From: a virus
Lineage: Duplodnaviria > Heunggongvirae > Uroviricota > Caudoviricetes
Virus record (IMG/VR): IMGVR_UViG_3300033067_000531
DNA length: 45,158 nucleotides
Reading direction: 5' to 3' (one strand)
Shown here: positions 9,055-17,901 of the stretch, in pieces
Position numbering within the stretch: position 1 is the stretch's first letter
Layout of the letters: every line of letters begins with the position of its first letter
Notes under the pieces: model-generated
What the model saw: the letters and a program-made list of their open reading frames with translations, nothing else
Told to the model about the DNA's origin: nothing
The model's database searches: none
Position numbers and translations under genes: made by a program

Positions 9055-10866
9055 TTATCCTTCACAAGCTATACAATCATTACCTTGAGCCAGTTGTGAC
9101 ATATCAATTTCTTTAATCACTTCACGCTCAATCTTCTTAGATACTTTATCTGCCTTGGCAAGTTTCTCACTGCGGCAGTAGTACATCGTTTTCAAACCTT
9201 TTTTCCATGCCATAAAGTGAACAGCATGAATATATTTGATGTGACTATCTGGACGGAAGAACACATTTAGACTTTGTGCTTGGTCGATATATTGTTGACG
9301 GTCAGCGGCATGTTCAATCACCCAACGTTGGTCAATTTCCATAGAAGTCTTGAATACATCTTTGGTTTCTTGGTCCATCCAGTTCAAATGTTGTACAGAC
9401 CCATCATTAGCAATAACTGATGACCAGATATCATTATATTCTTCTTCACCCTTTGGTGTCAATGGTGCACCACTTGGTGACAAGTGTTTCATAATCACCT
9501 TATCCAAATATTTGTTCTTGTTTAAAAATGCTCCTGATAGAGTGTCTTGACGATATGCATTAGCACGCCAAGGTTCAACACTAGGAGAAGTATTTCCCAA
9601 GATGATAGACGAAGAAGCATTTGGAGCAATAGCCATAAGATGACTAAAACGTTGACCAGTGCCAACAGCATCCGGAGCTTCACCCCGTTCTTTGCCAAGA
9701 GCTTGATTAGCATCATCGAGTCCCTTTCTGATATTTTTAAAGATTGAATTGTTGATAGATTTTGCCATAGCAGATTCAAATGCAACATTCTTCTTTTGCA
9801 AATATGCATGGAAACCCAAGGCACCAACACCAATAGAACGTTCTCTCATTGCCGAGAACTTAGCACGTGCAATAGTGTCTGGTGCATTATCAATAAAGTA
9901 TTGTAACACATTGTCCAACATTTCAGCTACATCACGCAAGAACAATGGATGGTCTTTCCATTCATCATATGTTTCTAGGTTGTTGGAAGACAAACAGCAC
10001 ACAGCAGTACGTTTCTCGTTAGTTGCCAAGATGATTTCAGAACACAGATTAGATTGGTGTACCTTCAAACCAAGTTTCTTTTGGAATGGAGGCAAGTGTC
10101 TATTACTTGTATCAATGAAATGTAGATATGGTTCACCTGTGTGCATACGGAGTTCCAAAATCTTTTCCCACAACATCTTCGCTGATACAACTTCACGCAC
10201 TTCACTGGATGCTGGATCAATCAACTCCCATGAATCATCTGCGTCTTTGTCCAACATACAACGTTCGATGATTTCCATGAACTTGTCTGGAATGTTGATA
10301 CCGTGGTGAAGGTTCAAACAACGCATGTTTGGATCACCAGTTGGTTTACGCATTTCTAGGAAGGTGATAATGTCAGGATGACTAATATCGAGGTAAGCAG
10401 CATAAGAGCCACGGCGAGTACGTCCTTGGCGATAAGCCAAACTAGATGCATCGTACATTTTGAGGTGAGGCATAACACCAGTCGATTTATCGTCCGCCGA
10501 ACGGATACCAAAACCGACACCAACACCACCACCAAGCATAGAAAGCCAATTAGTTTCAGAAAGATTGTCAACTAGACCCTCCGCAGTATCTTCAATAAAG
10601 TTTAAGAAGCAAGAGATTGGCATGCCTCTCTTGCTACGACCAAATGATAAGATTGGTGTGGAATAGGACAACCAATGTTTACTAGAGTAATCATACAATC
10701 TCTGAGCATGTTCAGGATTGCTACTGAATGCTTTTGATACGAAAGCAAAACGGTGTTGAGGACTTGTTTCATCCTCTTTCATGTACGATTCTTTAAGTCG
10801 TTTGATACCCAATTCATCAAACAACTTATCTCGTTCTAAATCAATTTCTATTCCAAGATATTCCAT
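9055..10866 (-). CDS. nrdA: ribonucleotide reductase class I alpha subunit (short, no ATP-cone)
   Basis: ISCF, SNLCSE, IAPNASSS, KTMYYCR, C-terminal CIACEG. Confidence 0.97.
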   Translation of the reverse strand: MEYLGIEIDLERDKLFDELGIKRLKESYMKEDETSPQHRFAFVSKAFSSNPEHAQRLYDYSSKHWLSYSTPILSFGRSKRGMPISCFLNFIEDTAEGLVDNLSETNWLSMLGGGVGVGFGIRSADDKSTGVMPHLKMYDASSLAYRQGRTRRGSYAAYLDISHPDIITFLEMRKPTGDPNMRCLNLHHGINIPDKFMEIIERCMLDKDADDSWELIDPASSEVREVVSAKMLWEKILELRMHTGEPYLHFIDTSNRHLPPFQKKLGLKVHQSNLCSEIILATNEKRTAVCCLSSNNLETYDEWKDHPLFLRDVAEMLDNVLQYFIDNAPDTIARAKFSAMRERSIGVGALGFHAYLQKKNVAFESAMAKSINNSIFKNIRKGLDDANQALGKERGEAPDAVGTGQRFSHLMAIAPNASSSIILGNTSPSVEPWRANAYRQDTLSGAFLNKNKYLDKVIMKHLSPSGAPLTPKGEEEYNDIWSSVIANDGSVQHLNWMDQETKDVFKTSMEIDQRWVIEHAADRQQYIDQAQSLNVFFRPDSHIKYIHAVHFMAWKKGLKTMYYCRSEKLAKADKVSKKIEREVIKEIDMSQLAQGNDCIACEG

Positions 10867-10880
10867 ATATTACCTTATTA

Positions 10881-11231
10881 TTATTTTTTTACAAATGGTT
10901 TTAGTTCTGGTGGCGTCCAACCTTCTGGTTTCAGTACTTTACCATCACTTCGTTTATTCACTTTGCCTGTCACTGGGTCAATCTTAGCTAGATTTGAACG
11001 TGCAACTTCATTCCATGCACCTTGAACATCAAATCCTTTCATATGGCAATAACCTAGAATGACCCAAATCATATCCATACATCCATCAAGTTGGCCAACT
11101 TCATCACCCGCCAAATAATCCCTGATAAATTCATCAAATTCTTCACGGATTAGATTCTTATATAGTGTCGCATTTTTCTCATTTACTTCTTGCTCACAAG
11201 CTTCAATAAAAGTTTTTACATCATTATACAT
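10881..11231 (-). CDS. MazG-like nucleotide pyrophosphatase (PRA-PH-like)
   Basis: LIREEFDE...LDGCMD...EVARSNLAK...GKVLKPEGW. Confidence 0.85.
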   Translation of the reverse strand: MYNDVKTFIEACEQEVNEKNATLYKNLIREEFDEFIRDYLAGDEVGQLDGCMDMIWVILGYCHMKGFDVQGAWNEVARSNLAKIDPVTGKVNKRSDGKVLKPEGWTPPELKPFVKK

Positions 11232-11883
11232 TAACAAACTCCTCAATCATTGGGAAAATAGGCTTGATAGCATCAACACAGGCAAACGCAACATCACGGT
11301 GTTCTTTTTGTGTACCATTACCGCAACGAAGTTGTGCATAATGTACCCATGAACGCAAAGTACCATTCATGTACATGCGTGAACCAGTCATACCTTCAGG
11401 TAAAACGGCACGTGCTTGTTCTTTAGCGATGCCATGTTCAAGTGCCCACTTATAAGTGTCTTGACACATCATCTGAATGTTCTTTTGGTGGTTTTCCCAC
11501 TGATAAGCCAAACGGCGTGCATCATCATCAGTTCTATTCAATTCAATACTGTTCTGACGATTCTTAGTGTCTTGTAGACGACACTCTTTCAGTTCAAACG
11601 CAAGGTCAGCAACAGCATAACGTTGACTAAACTCTTGGAATGAGAAGGAACGGTGGCGCAAAATTTGTCTTGCGATATCACGTGTAGTCTCAATCTCCAA
11701 ACACACGGAAACCATCTCCAATGGACTCCAGTGTTGGTGCTTAATCAGATATCTAACCAGTTTTTCGGCTGTATCGGAGTTGTCCTGGTTACCAGGATTT
11801 GATACCCTTGCACAGTAAGCAATCTGTTCCAAGAGATTACGACCCTCAGGGTCTTGGGAGTAGTTAATTAATCTAACATTCAT
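11224..11883 (-). CDS. thyX: flavin-dependent thymidylate synthase
   Basis: RHRSFSFQEFSQRY ThyX motif; EQARAVLP. Confidence 0.97.
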   Translation of the reverse strand: MNVRLINYSQDPEGRNLLEQIAYCARVSNPGNQDNSDTAEKLVRYLIKHQHWSPLEMVSVCLEIETTRDIARQILRHRSFSFQEFSQRYAVADLAFELKECRLQDTKNRQNSIELNRTDDDARRLAYQWENHQKNIQMMCQDTYKWALEHGIAKEQARAVLPEGMTGSRMYMNGTLRSWVHYAQLRCGNGTQKEHRDVAFACVDAIKPIFPMIEEFVNV

Positions 11884-11884
11884 T

Positions 11885-12901
11885 TCACACCTTTTTCCAA
11901 TTAATAAAATTCAATTTCGCACTTAGATTCTGGAAAGTATTCTTTTCAATGATATCTTGTAGTTCTTCGGACGAATAACCATTCAAAATCATTTCATTGA
12001 CATCCTTTTCATCAATCATTTCAGGCCAAATCACAATACGATAATGTTCTTCAATTGCTTTTTCCATATGACGACAAATATCAACATTTCGTGGTTCGTT
12101 GTCATACACAAGAATCAATTTAGACTTGTCAATGTATTTTGCTGCGTTGGTCAGGTTGGCGTCAGCCGTTGCCACAGCGTTTTTGAGAAACATTGAATCA
12201 ATAGGACCTTCTGTGACATACACATCTTCTTCCTTATCAACAACATCTAGACCAAATAGTTTGATGCCATCATCATGCATCTTTACAGTTATGTATCTTA
12301 GTTTCGAACCAGCCAAGGCTCTTCCTTGAAATGCTACCAGATTCTTTTCTTCGTCATAGAACGGAATCACCAAACGAGGATCTTTCTCGATTAATCCGTC
12401 CTTTTCAATCTCCATTTGTACTTCAACAAAGTTTTTGTAATCTTCGGCATAATATAATGACGACCAATAAGATTCCGGTATTTGTCGCTTCTGTACATAT
12501 ACCTTTGCATAATGTTCTTCTGGTAACGAGGCCACGGACGGTAAGGGGAGTTTCTTCTTAAAAACCGGAGCACTTGTCTTAACGACCCCAATCTTAGTAT
12601 TGGATACTGTCTTTTTAGAGTCATCTCCGTTTTTGAATCTTTCGAGCGCATATTCTTTGAGTAGACTAGGATCCACTTTGTCCAGGAAGTTATAGAAGTT
12701 CATAGATGCACCACAGTTGTGGCACATAAAGAAATAGTTGCCTTTTTTGGCATACACGTAACCACGTGCTTTGGCTTTGTTCTTGGATGAATCGCCACAG
12801 ATAGGACAACGGAAGTTATAGAGGTCCGTTTTTTTCTGTGCGAATTTGGGCAGTTTAGCTGATGCCCTCAGCAAGAAGGTTCTATCAATGTAAATAGACA
12901 T
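11885..12901 (-). CDS. 61: DNA primase (T4 gp61-like)
   Basis: Zn finger RCPICGDS...CHNC; TOPRIM EGPIDS and DNE. Confidence 0.95.
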   Translation of the reverse strand: MSIYIDRTFLLRASAKLPKFAQKKTDLYNFRCPICGDSSKNKAKARGYVYAKKGNYFFMCHNCGASMNFYNFLDKVDPSLLKEYALERFKNGDDSKKTVSNTKIGVVKTSAPVFKKKLPLPSVASLPEEHYAKVYVQKRQIPESYWSSLYYAEDYKNFVEVQMEIEKDGLIEKDPRLVIPFYDEEKNLVAFQGRALAGSKLRYITVKMHDDGIKLFGLDVVDKEEDVYVTEGPIDSMFLKNAVATADANLTNAAKYIDKSKLILVYDNEPRNVDICRHMEKAIEEHYRIVIWPEMIDEKDVNEMILNGYSSEELQDIIEKNTFQNLSAKLNFINWKKV

Positions 12902-12926
12902 AACAAAATCAAAGACGAATAATGAA

Positions 12927-13364
12927 TTAGTTTAACAATTTAGAGATTATATCAAATTTAACGTGTGAAAGCAACCATACGATTACAATAATACCACCTG
13001 CAGCGGTCCACTTCCATTCCAGAATCTTCTTCAATTCAGAATCTTCCTTCTTGTTGTGTTCCTTTATTTCTGCACGGAGGCTCTTAATTTCTTCCATGAT
13101 TCTACGTTCCGTCAGTTCAATCTTATCAGCAAGATTCCTGTCGGTCGTGGTAATCCTGGAATGTAATTCCTTAATGTCCTCGGTGGTGTCTTTTTTCTTT
13201 TCGTCCATATCTTCGTAGATTTGTCCGACCATACGGTCTTGGTTTTCCATTAGACGGTCAATCACTTTGTCCATTTTATCACACAATAGGGTGATACTGG
13301 CAACCTGAGTTTTCAGGATACCAACATCGACTTGTAATTGTGTGATTTCTCGGTCCATACTCAT
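12927..13364 (-). CDS. coiled-coil protein with C-terminal TM helix
   Basis: Heptad-rich; WTAAGGIIVIVWLL; start at MSMDRE gives a 4-nt overlap with the upstream gene. Confidence 0.7.
   Translation of the reverse strand: MSMDREITQLQVDVGILKTQVASITLLCDKMDKVIDRLMENQDRMVGQIYEDMDEKKKDTTEDIKELHSRITTTDRNLADKIELTERRIMEEIKSLRAEIKEHNKKEDSELKKILEWKWTAAGGIIVIVWLLSHVKFDIISKLLN
12946..12974 (-). promoter_or_regulatory. sigma70-type promoter upstream of primase
   Basis: TTGCTT-N17-TATAAT with TGn, inside the 3' end of the upstream gene. Confidence 0.55.
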
Positions 13365-13558
13365 TTCTTCCCTGGAATTTCTGTACCTTCGAGTTTTTTG
13401 TGTACCTTTATGGTTTTGCATACTTTTTGTGGGTTGCCATCTTTGCCGATTAATGGTTTTCCGTCTTTACCAGTTTTATCGACACAGACTTGTTTTTCTT
13501 CAGCTGCAAATACGGTAGATGCCGCCATGATGGTTAACAAAGCAATAATTTTTTTCAT
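13361..13558 (-). CDS. small exported protein
   Basis: Signal peptide MKKIIALLTIMAASTVFA; two Cys. Confidence 0.7.
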   Translation of the reverse strand: MKKIIALLTIMAASTVFAAEEKQVCVDKTGKDGKPLIGKDGNPQKVCKTIKVHKKLEGTEIPGKK

Positions 13559-13779
13559 TTTTCGTCCTTTTTAGTAAATTTTTCGGATGCGGTAAAACCT
13601 AATCCTGCAATCACAATGTACATCATTGAATCCAGAGTATGTTCACTGACCTTTTGACCAGTATATAACTCAGTTAAGAATCCAGTAGCGCACAACAGAA
13701 ATGCAAGTAGTGTGATAACACGTTTGCTACTTACACTTCCATTAGTGCCGTCTGTCAGTAAACTATTTAGCCAGTTCAT
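13555..13779 (-). CDS. two-TM holin-like protein
   Basis: SSKR motif, two TM helices, charged C-terminus; in lysis cassette. Confidence 0.55.
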   Translation of the reverse strand: MNWLNSLLTDGTNGSVSSKRVITLLAFLLCATGFLTELYTGQKVSEHTLDSMMYIVIAGLGFTASEKFTKKDEK

Positions 13780-14216
13780 TTTTCAGGGTGTGGAGGTTGA
13801 GCTGGTGCTTCTTTGCCACCGAAACCGGTAACAACTTGAGGTGTGAATGTCGGTGCAGGTGTAAATGCAACTTGTTTTGCAGCTTGCTCCGGTGCAGGAT
13901 TTGACACCACGACTGGGGTAGGAGGTCTTTCCCATCCTTTATTTGCAGCTTCTAATGCAGCTCTCTGTGCATCTTTATCACCACCAGCCAACATGATACC
14001 AGATAGTGTACCAGTCAAGAATGTTGCGATAGGTACAATCAGTTCAAAAAACTTTTGGTCGATTGGTGAAATTGCGTTCAATGGTTGTGTAACAAAGATA
14101 AGTGAATACAAGACCACAAACACGATACCAAACAAAGTCAATGACAAGCAGATACCAATAAAGAATTTCAAACGAGCCATCAACTGCTCTTCGGTGTATA
14201 CAAAATTATTTTCCAC
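13776..14216 (-). CDS. two-TM membrane protein (holin/antiholin candidate), GTG start
   Basis: AAGGAG RBS before GTG; two TM helices, Pro-rich tail. Confidence 0.6.
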   Translation of the reverse strand: MENNFVYTEEQLMARLKFFIGICLSLTLFGIVFVVLYSLIFVTQPLNAISPIDQKFFELIVPIATFLTGTLSGIMLAGGDKDAQRAALEAANKGWERPPTPVVVSNPAPEQAAKQVAFTPAPTFTPQVVTGFGGKEAPAQPPHPEK

Positions 14217-14487
14217 AATTCGCTCCTTGATTTGATGCAGGTACAACAGGTACTGGTGTTGCTGCTGGTGTATCTTTAGGTGGACCCAAACGAGGGTCAC
14301 GTTGGCCTTTGAAGATGTGTTCTGGACATGTTCTATTCACATCACACAAAGGCATTTGACATATTTCTTTATCCCAGTTAGCTGGGTCTTGACATGGGTA
14401 ACGGTATCTATCACCGGAGAAGTACGCCAGTGTAAGTGGCAACAATAGAATGATGAGAAGATACTTTAATAGTTTCTTATCGTTCAT
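14206..14487 (-). CDS. membrane-anchored Cys-rich periplasmic protein
   Basis: N-terminal hydrophobic helix, then DRYRYPCQDPANW...C...C...CP. Confidence 0.65.
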   Translation of the reverse strand: MNDKKLLKYLLIILLLPLTLAYFSGDRYRYPCQDPANWDKEICQMPLCDVNRTCPEHIFKGQRDPRLGPPKDTPAATPVPVVPASNQGANCGK

Positions 14488-14488
14488 A

Positions 14489-15103
14489 TTATGCTCCAAA
14501 TACGTGTAATGCGTGTTCGTAGTGTTTGATACGGTCTTCCAAGCCGATTGTACCACCATTGATGCGTTTTGTCATGGTAACAATGTCACCAGAGTCAGCA
14601 TATTGGTTTAACTTGTTTGTTTCCCAGAACCAGCAGGCAGATTGAGCAGCACCCTCAAAGGTCTGCATGTATTGCGATGCTTCTTCTGGAGTAATACCCA
14701 AAGATGCAGCAAACCATGTGTAGTTCTCTTTACCTGTGACTTGAATCAGTCCACGACCACAATATCTCCATCCATCACCAGATTCTTCTGGACCATTACC
14801 CATACGTGAAGCATATACACGATTGGCAATCTTTTCTGGTTTGTTGGCATACTGTGATGCCAATTCATCCGTTGGGAAATACTTTGGGAATACTTTACGT
14901 AGTGATGCTGCTTTGTAGTTTAAGTTCTCTGCCAACCAGACGAAGTTGCCTGATTCGTGAGCACATTGAGCCAAGAAGGCAGCAATACGTTTTGGTGTGT
15001 TAATCTCATAATCTGGCAACAACTGACTTAGTGCGTGGTGCCATTGGTCGATATATGGATTCTTTGGAAGGATTTGTTTTAGTTGTTCTTTTGTCAATTC
15101 CAT
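14489..15103 (-). CDS. glycoside hydrolase family 19 endolysin
   Basis: AAFLAQCAHES, ENLNY, GDGWRYCGRGLIQVTG, TKRINGG. Confidence 0.93.
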   Translation of the reverse strand: MELTKEQLKQILPKNPYIDQWHHALSQLLPDYEINTPKRIAAFLAQCAHESGNFVWLAENLNYKAASLRKVFPKYFPTDELASQYANKPEKIANRVYASRMGNGPEESGDGWRYCGRGLIQVTGKENYTWFAASLGITPEEASQYMQTFEGAAQSACWFWETNKLNQYADSGDIVTMTKRINGGTIGLEDRIKHYEHALHVFGA

Positions 15104-15372
15104 TATTTTACATCCTCGAATATGCGTTTTTGTACTTGATACCATTCAATCCAAGCATCATTTTTCACATCACATTCGTAGTACGTAGAATAATTTAGAA
15201 TAACATTTTGTGCCACATCACTTAACTTGGCATCAGGGTTAAGTTTCAGTAAACGTGGACATTTCTCCAGACCATATTTAGGTGGCTCAGGAAACTTTGC
15301 GGTAACAGGAACAGTGGTTGAACAACCAAATAATGTCATTATTACCGAAATCAATAGTAGTTTTTTAGTCAT
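15103..15372 (-). CDS. o-spanin (Rz1-like lipoprotein)
   Basis: Lipobox LFGC, Pro-rich segment, two further Cys; adjacent to endolysin. Confidence 0.75.
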   Translation of the reverse strand: MTKKLLLISVIMTLFGCSTTVPVTAKFPEPPKYGLEKCPRLLKLNPDAKLSDVAQNVILNYSTYYECDVKNDAWIEWYQVQKRIFEDVK

Positions 15373-15556
15373 GTTTAAACCATGTATATTGAGATAATTC
15401 ATTCATCATAATCTCATAACTCACACGATTCCACATTGCTGCCCATTCCACAAACTTGGAATAGTCTGGTGTGTAATCTGCTTGGCCTTGCATCCAAGCG
15501 TGATACATTTTAAACAACTCACTTTCGAACATCATCGGTGGCTTTGTTATACACAT
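15365..15556 (-). CDS. hypothetical protein
   Basis: ORF filling the gap between the spanin genes. Confidence 0.5.
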   Translation of the reverse strand: MCITKPPMMFESELFKMYHAWMQGQADYTPDYSKFVEWAAMWNRVSYEIMMNELSQYTWFKHD

Positions 15557-15956
15557 CTATGAACTCCTTAGGAATTGTACATGAACTGTCGTATTTGACA
15601 ACTTCACGGTCTACATACTGTTTTAATATAACTTGCTTCTCGACAATCTTCTCTTTTACTTCCTCAACTTGTTCGTTGATTCTATCGTTAGCTTCTTTAG
15701 ATTCTTGTTCTGCCTTAGCTACCTTTTCTTCCATCTCTTTGACTCTATCCAACCATGCATGGTTGTCATAGATAGCACCAGACATAAAAGTACCCAAGAC
15801 AATAAAAAACACCGAGACAAGTTGTATCGGTGTCTTATACATGAAAATTTGTGGGATTGGGATGTAACGTAGTAGATATGTTGATAAGAAACCCAACACA
15901 CCTACTATCAGTGTAACATAAAAAATCCAATCAGGTAACCATTTCAAAATCCACAT
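15519..15956 (-). CDS. i-spanin (Rz-like)
   Basis: N-terminal TM helices, coiled coil, C-terminal CTIP. Confidence 0.7.
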   Translation of the reverse strand: MWILKWLPDWIFYVTLIVGVLGFLSTYLLRYIPIPQIFMYKTPIQLVSVFFIVLGTFMSGAIYDNHAWLDRVKEMEEKVAKAEQESKEANDRINEQVEEVKEKIVEKQVILKQYVDREVVKYDSSCTIPKEFIDVYNKATDDVRK

Positions 15957-15957
15957 G

Positions 15958-16341
15958 TTATACCTTAGGTAATGCTCTTCTCGCTAGATTCTGCATAACT
16001 GGATTACGTTTCTTGGACACACCAGGTTCTCTCTGGTCAGCAGGTAAACGTGAATCACCAGTACCTGCTGCAGCAGCAACAGTCATCATACCTTCTTCTT
16101 TGATATTGTCTCTGGCATTCTCGTAACTCTGTGCCTTAGCTTCCGCAGCACCGCCATGGCCATAAACACGTTCACGCGCAGCCTGTGCATGGTTTTCGGT
16201 TGCCTTGTCAGTCAGATGTTTCTTCTGTCTTTGAATTTCCTCAGAGTCGTGACGTTTGGTTGCTTCTGGACCCAATTTAGAAGCGTGGTCATCATCACAA
16301 CCACAACTCTTTTCTTGAATATAAGATTTAAACGATTTCAT
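15958..16341 (-). CDS. putative internal head protein
   Basis: N-terminus MKSFKSYIQE resembles the T4 capsid targeting sequence MKTYQEFIAE. Confidence 0.6.
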   Translation of the reverse strand: MKSFKSYIQEKSCGCDDDHASKLGPEATKRHDSEEIQRQKKHLTDKATENHAQAARERVYGHGGAAEAKAQSYENARDNIKEEGMMTVAAAAGTGDSRLPADQREPGVSKKRNPVMQNLARRALPKV

Positions 16342-16766
16342 TAGCAGTTCCACTTTCTTAGTGATTTATTGATTCTTGAATCTGGATCATTTGCAGTCTT
16401 GGCTGAGGTCAAACGTTTCTTCATGCCAGACATTCTAGCACAGAATGATTTACGGCGATTGGCAGCCTTAGAACCTGGTTTCAACTTAGATGGTTTGGTT
16501 GTAACCGCAGTCTTTAGTTTGGAACCTGGGTTTTCTCTACGGTAAGATTCAACACCCTTTTGGTTCAAACCACCAGATTCAGACTTACCTTCTTTACGTT
16601 GCCATGCAGCAGTTTCGTCAATCTGTGTTTCTTCAGGAACACAATTTGGTACAGTTCGACCATTCTTTTCTTTTGTACCAACAGCAGTATAACCTTTCCA
16701 ACAAGCTTTCTTTAGTTCACCGGTTGGTTTTTTTACTTCATTAATAAATTCTTTAAATGATTTCAT
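16341..16766 (-). CDS. basic putative internal head protein
   Basis: MKSFKEFINE N-terminus; CWKGY...VPNCV and RRKSFCARM modules. Confidence 0.7.
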   Translation of the reverse strand: MKSFKEFINEVKKPTGELKKACWKGYTAVGTKEKNGRTVPNCVPEETQIDETAAWQRKEGKSESGGLNQKGVESYRRENPGSKLKTAVTTKPSKLKPGSKAANRRKSFCARMSGMKKRLTSAKTANDPDSRINKSLRKWNC

Positions 16767-17149
16767 ATGCTTACCAAGACCTTTGCTACTTCTTCGTTAA
16801 ATTCTATGTCACGTGAATATATGTTTTTACCATTAATACCATAGATGGCATCAGGCATAAGATTCAAATACGCCAGAAACGTTTTGAGTATATCATAGTC
16901 ACGTTCATCTATTTTATAGAACAATATTCTCGATGTTGCTTCCGTACCAAAAACATTGTTCAATAGAATGATGTGATTGAGAATTAAGCGTTCCTTTAGT
17001 GACTTGGTCACTTTATATCTTCTGAATAGTCTCTTTAGATACTTGGTACGCTTAATGTCTCCTTCGAACTCAGACACAATACAATGTGGCGAATTATACG
17101 CTTTCATCGCATACATTATAAAATTGTCGTCATTCAAATCATCAAACAT
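16763..17149 (-). CDS. conserved T4-like hypothetical protein
   Basis: KYLKRLF...LKERLILNHIILLNNVFG motif. Confidence 0.75.
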   Translation of the reverse strand: MFDDLNDDNFIMYAMKAYNSPHCIVSEFEGDIKRTKYLKRLFRRYKVTKSLKERLILNHIILLNNVFGTEATSRILFYKIDERDYDILKTFLAYLNLMPDAIYGINGKNIYSRDIEFNEEVAKVLVSI

Positions 17150-17150
17150 A

Positions 17151-17172
17151 TTTAAAAGGGGCCGAAGCCCCT
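17151..17172 (-). terminator. intrinsic terminator with cUUCGg loop
   Basis: Minus strand AGGGGC-TTCG-GCCCCT-TTTAAA directly after the 17177-17857 stop. Confidence 0.8.
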
Positions 17173-17176
17173 GTTA

Positions 17177-17857
17177 TTAAAGTACAGTCAATGTTACGTT
17201 AGCGGATGTAGCTGTTACGCCTTCATCAGCAGCTGTAACCACAACACGCATTAATGTACCGTTATTAGCGGTAGTTGCTGGGATTGCAATCAATGTATCA
17301 CTTGTCTTGCCAGCCCAACGGATGGAAGCAGTGTTAGCAGGAATGTTTGCCCATGTGTTGCTACCGTTCAGGTATTGCCATTGATATGTCAATGTAGCAG
17401 CAGTGTTGCCGTCCAATGCAGCAGTTGTAGAGAATGTTACAACGTTAGCAAATTCTGTGTTAGCAACAACAGATGCGTTAGATGGACCAGTCAATGTGAT
17501 AGAAACGTTAGCATAAGTTTGTGCGTCACCATCAGCACCATCAGCAGACATACCGGACATTGCAACAAGAACTTCTTCCTGTACACGACCAGCACGGCCA
17601 CCAGAACCTTCAGTTCTCATTACCCAACCTGTGTGTACACGGTTAGATGTGGATGCTTCTTGTGCGTCTACTGCGAACAAACCGACTGTTGCACCTGTGG
17701 TGTATGCATCAGCTGATGTATTTGCGTATAGTTTCGCTACGTTGGCGGCCGTTGGTGCGGAACCATGGCCTTCTACTTGTGCCACGTTCATAATGGCTGA
17801 ACTAACTGCCCAGTATGGAGCGTTAGCTGCGTTATCGTTATTTCCCCAAGATGACAT
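17177..17857 (-). CDS. virion structural protein with C-terminal Ig-like domain
   Basis: A/T/N-rich; HTGWV...GRVQEEVLVAM; LTYQWQ...RVVV...SANVTLTV Ig-like pattern. Confidence 0.7.
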   Translation of the reverse strand: MSSWGNNDNAANAPYWAVSSAIMNVAQVEGHGSAPTAANVAKLYANTSADAYTTGATVGLFAVDAQEASTSNRVHTGWVMRTEGSGGRAGRVQEEVLVAMSGMSADGADGDAQTYANVSITLTGPSNASVVANTEFANVVTFSTTAALDGNTAATLTYQWQYLNGSNTWANIPANTASIRWAGKTSDTLIAIPATTANNGTLMRVVVTAADEGVTATSANVTLTVL

Positions 17858-17901
17858 TTATATTTCTCCTTAATTAACCGAGGGTTATGTTTCCTATTTA
17901 T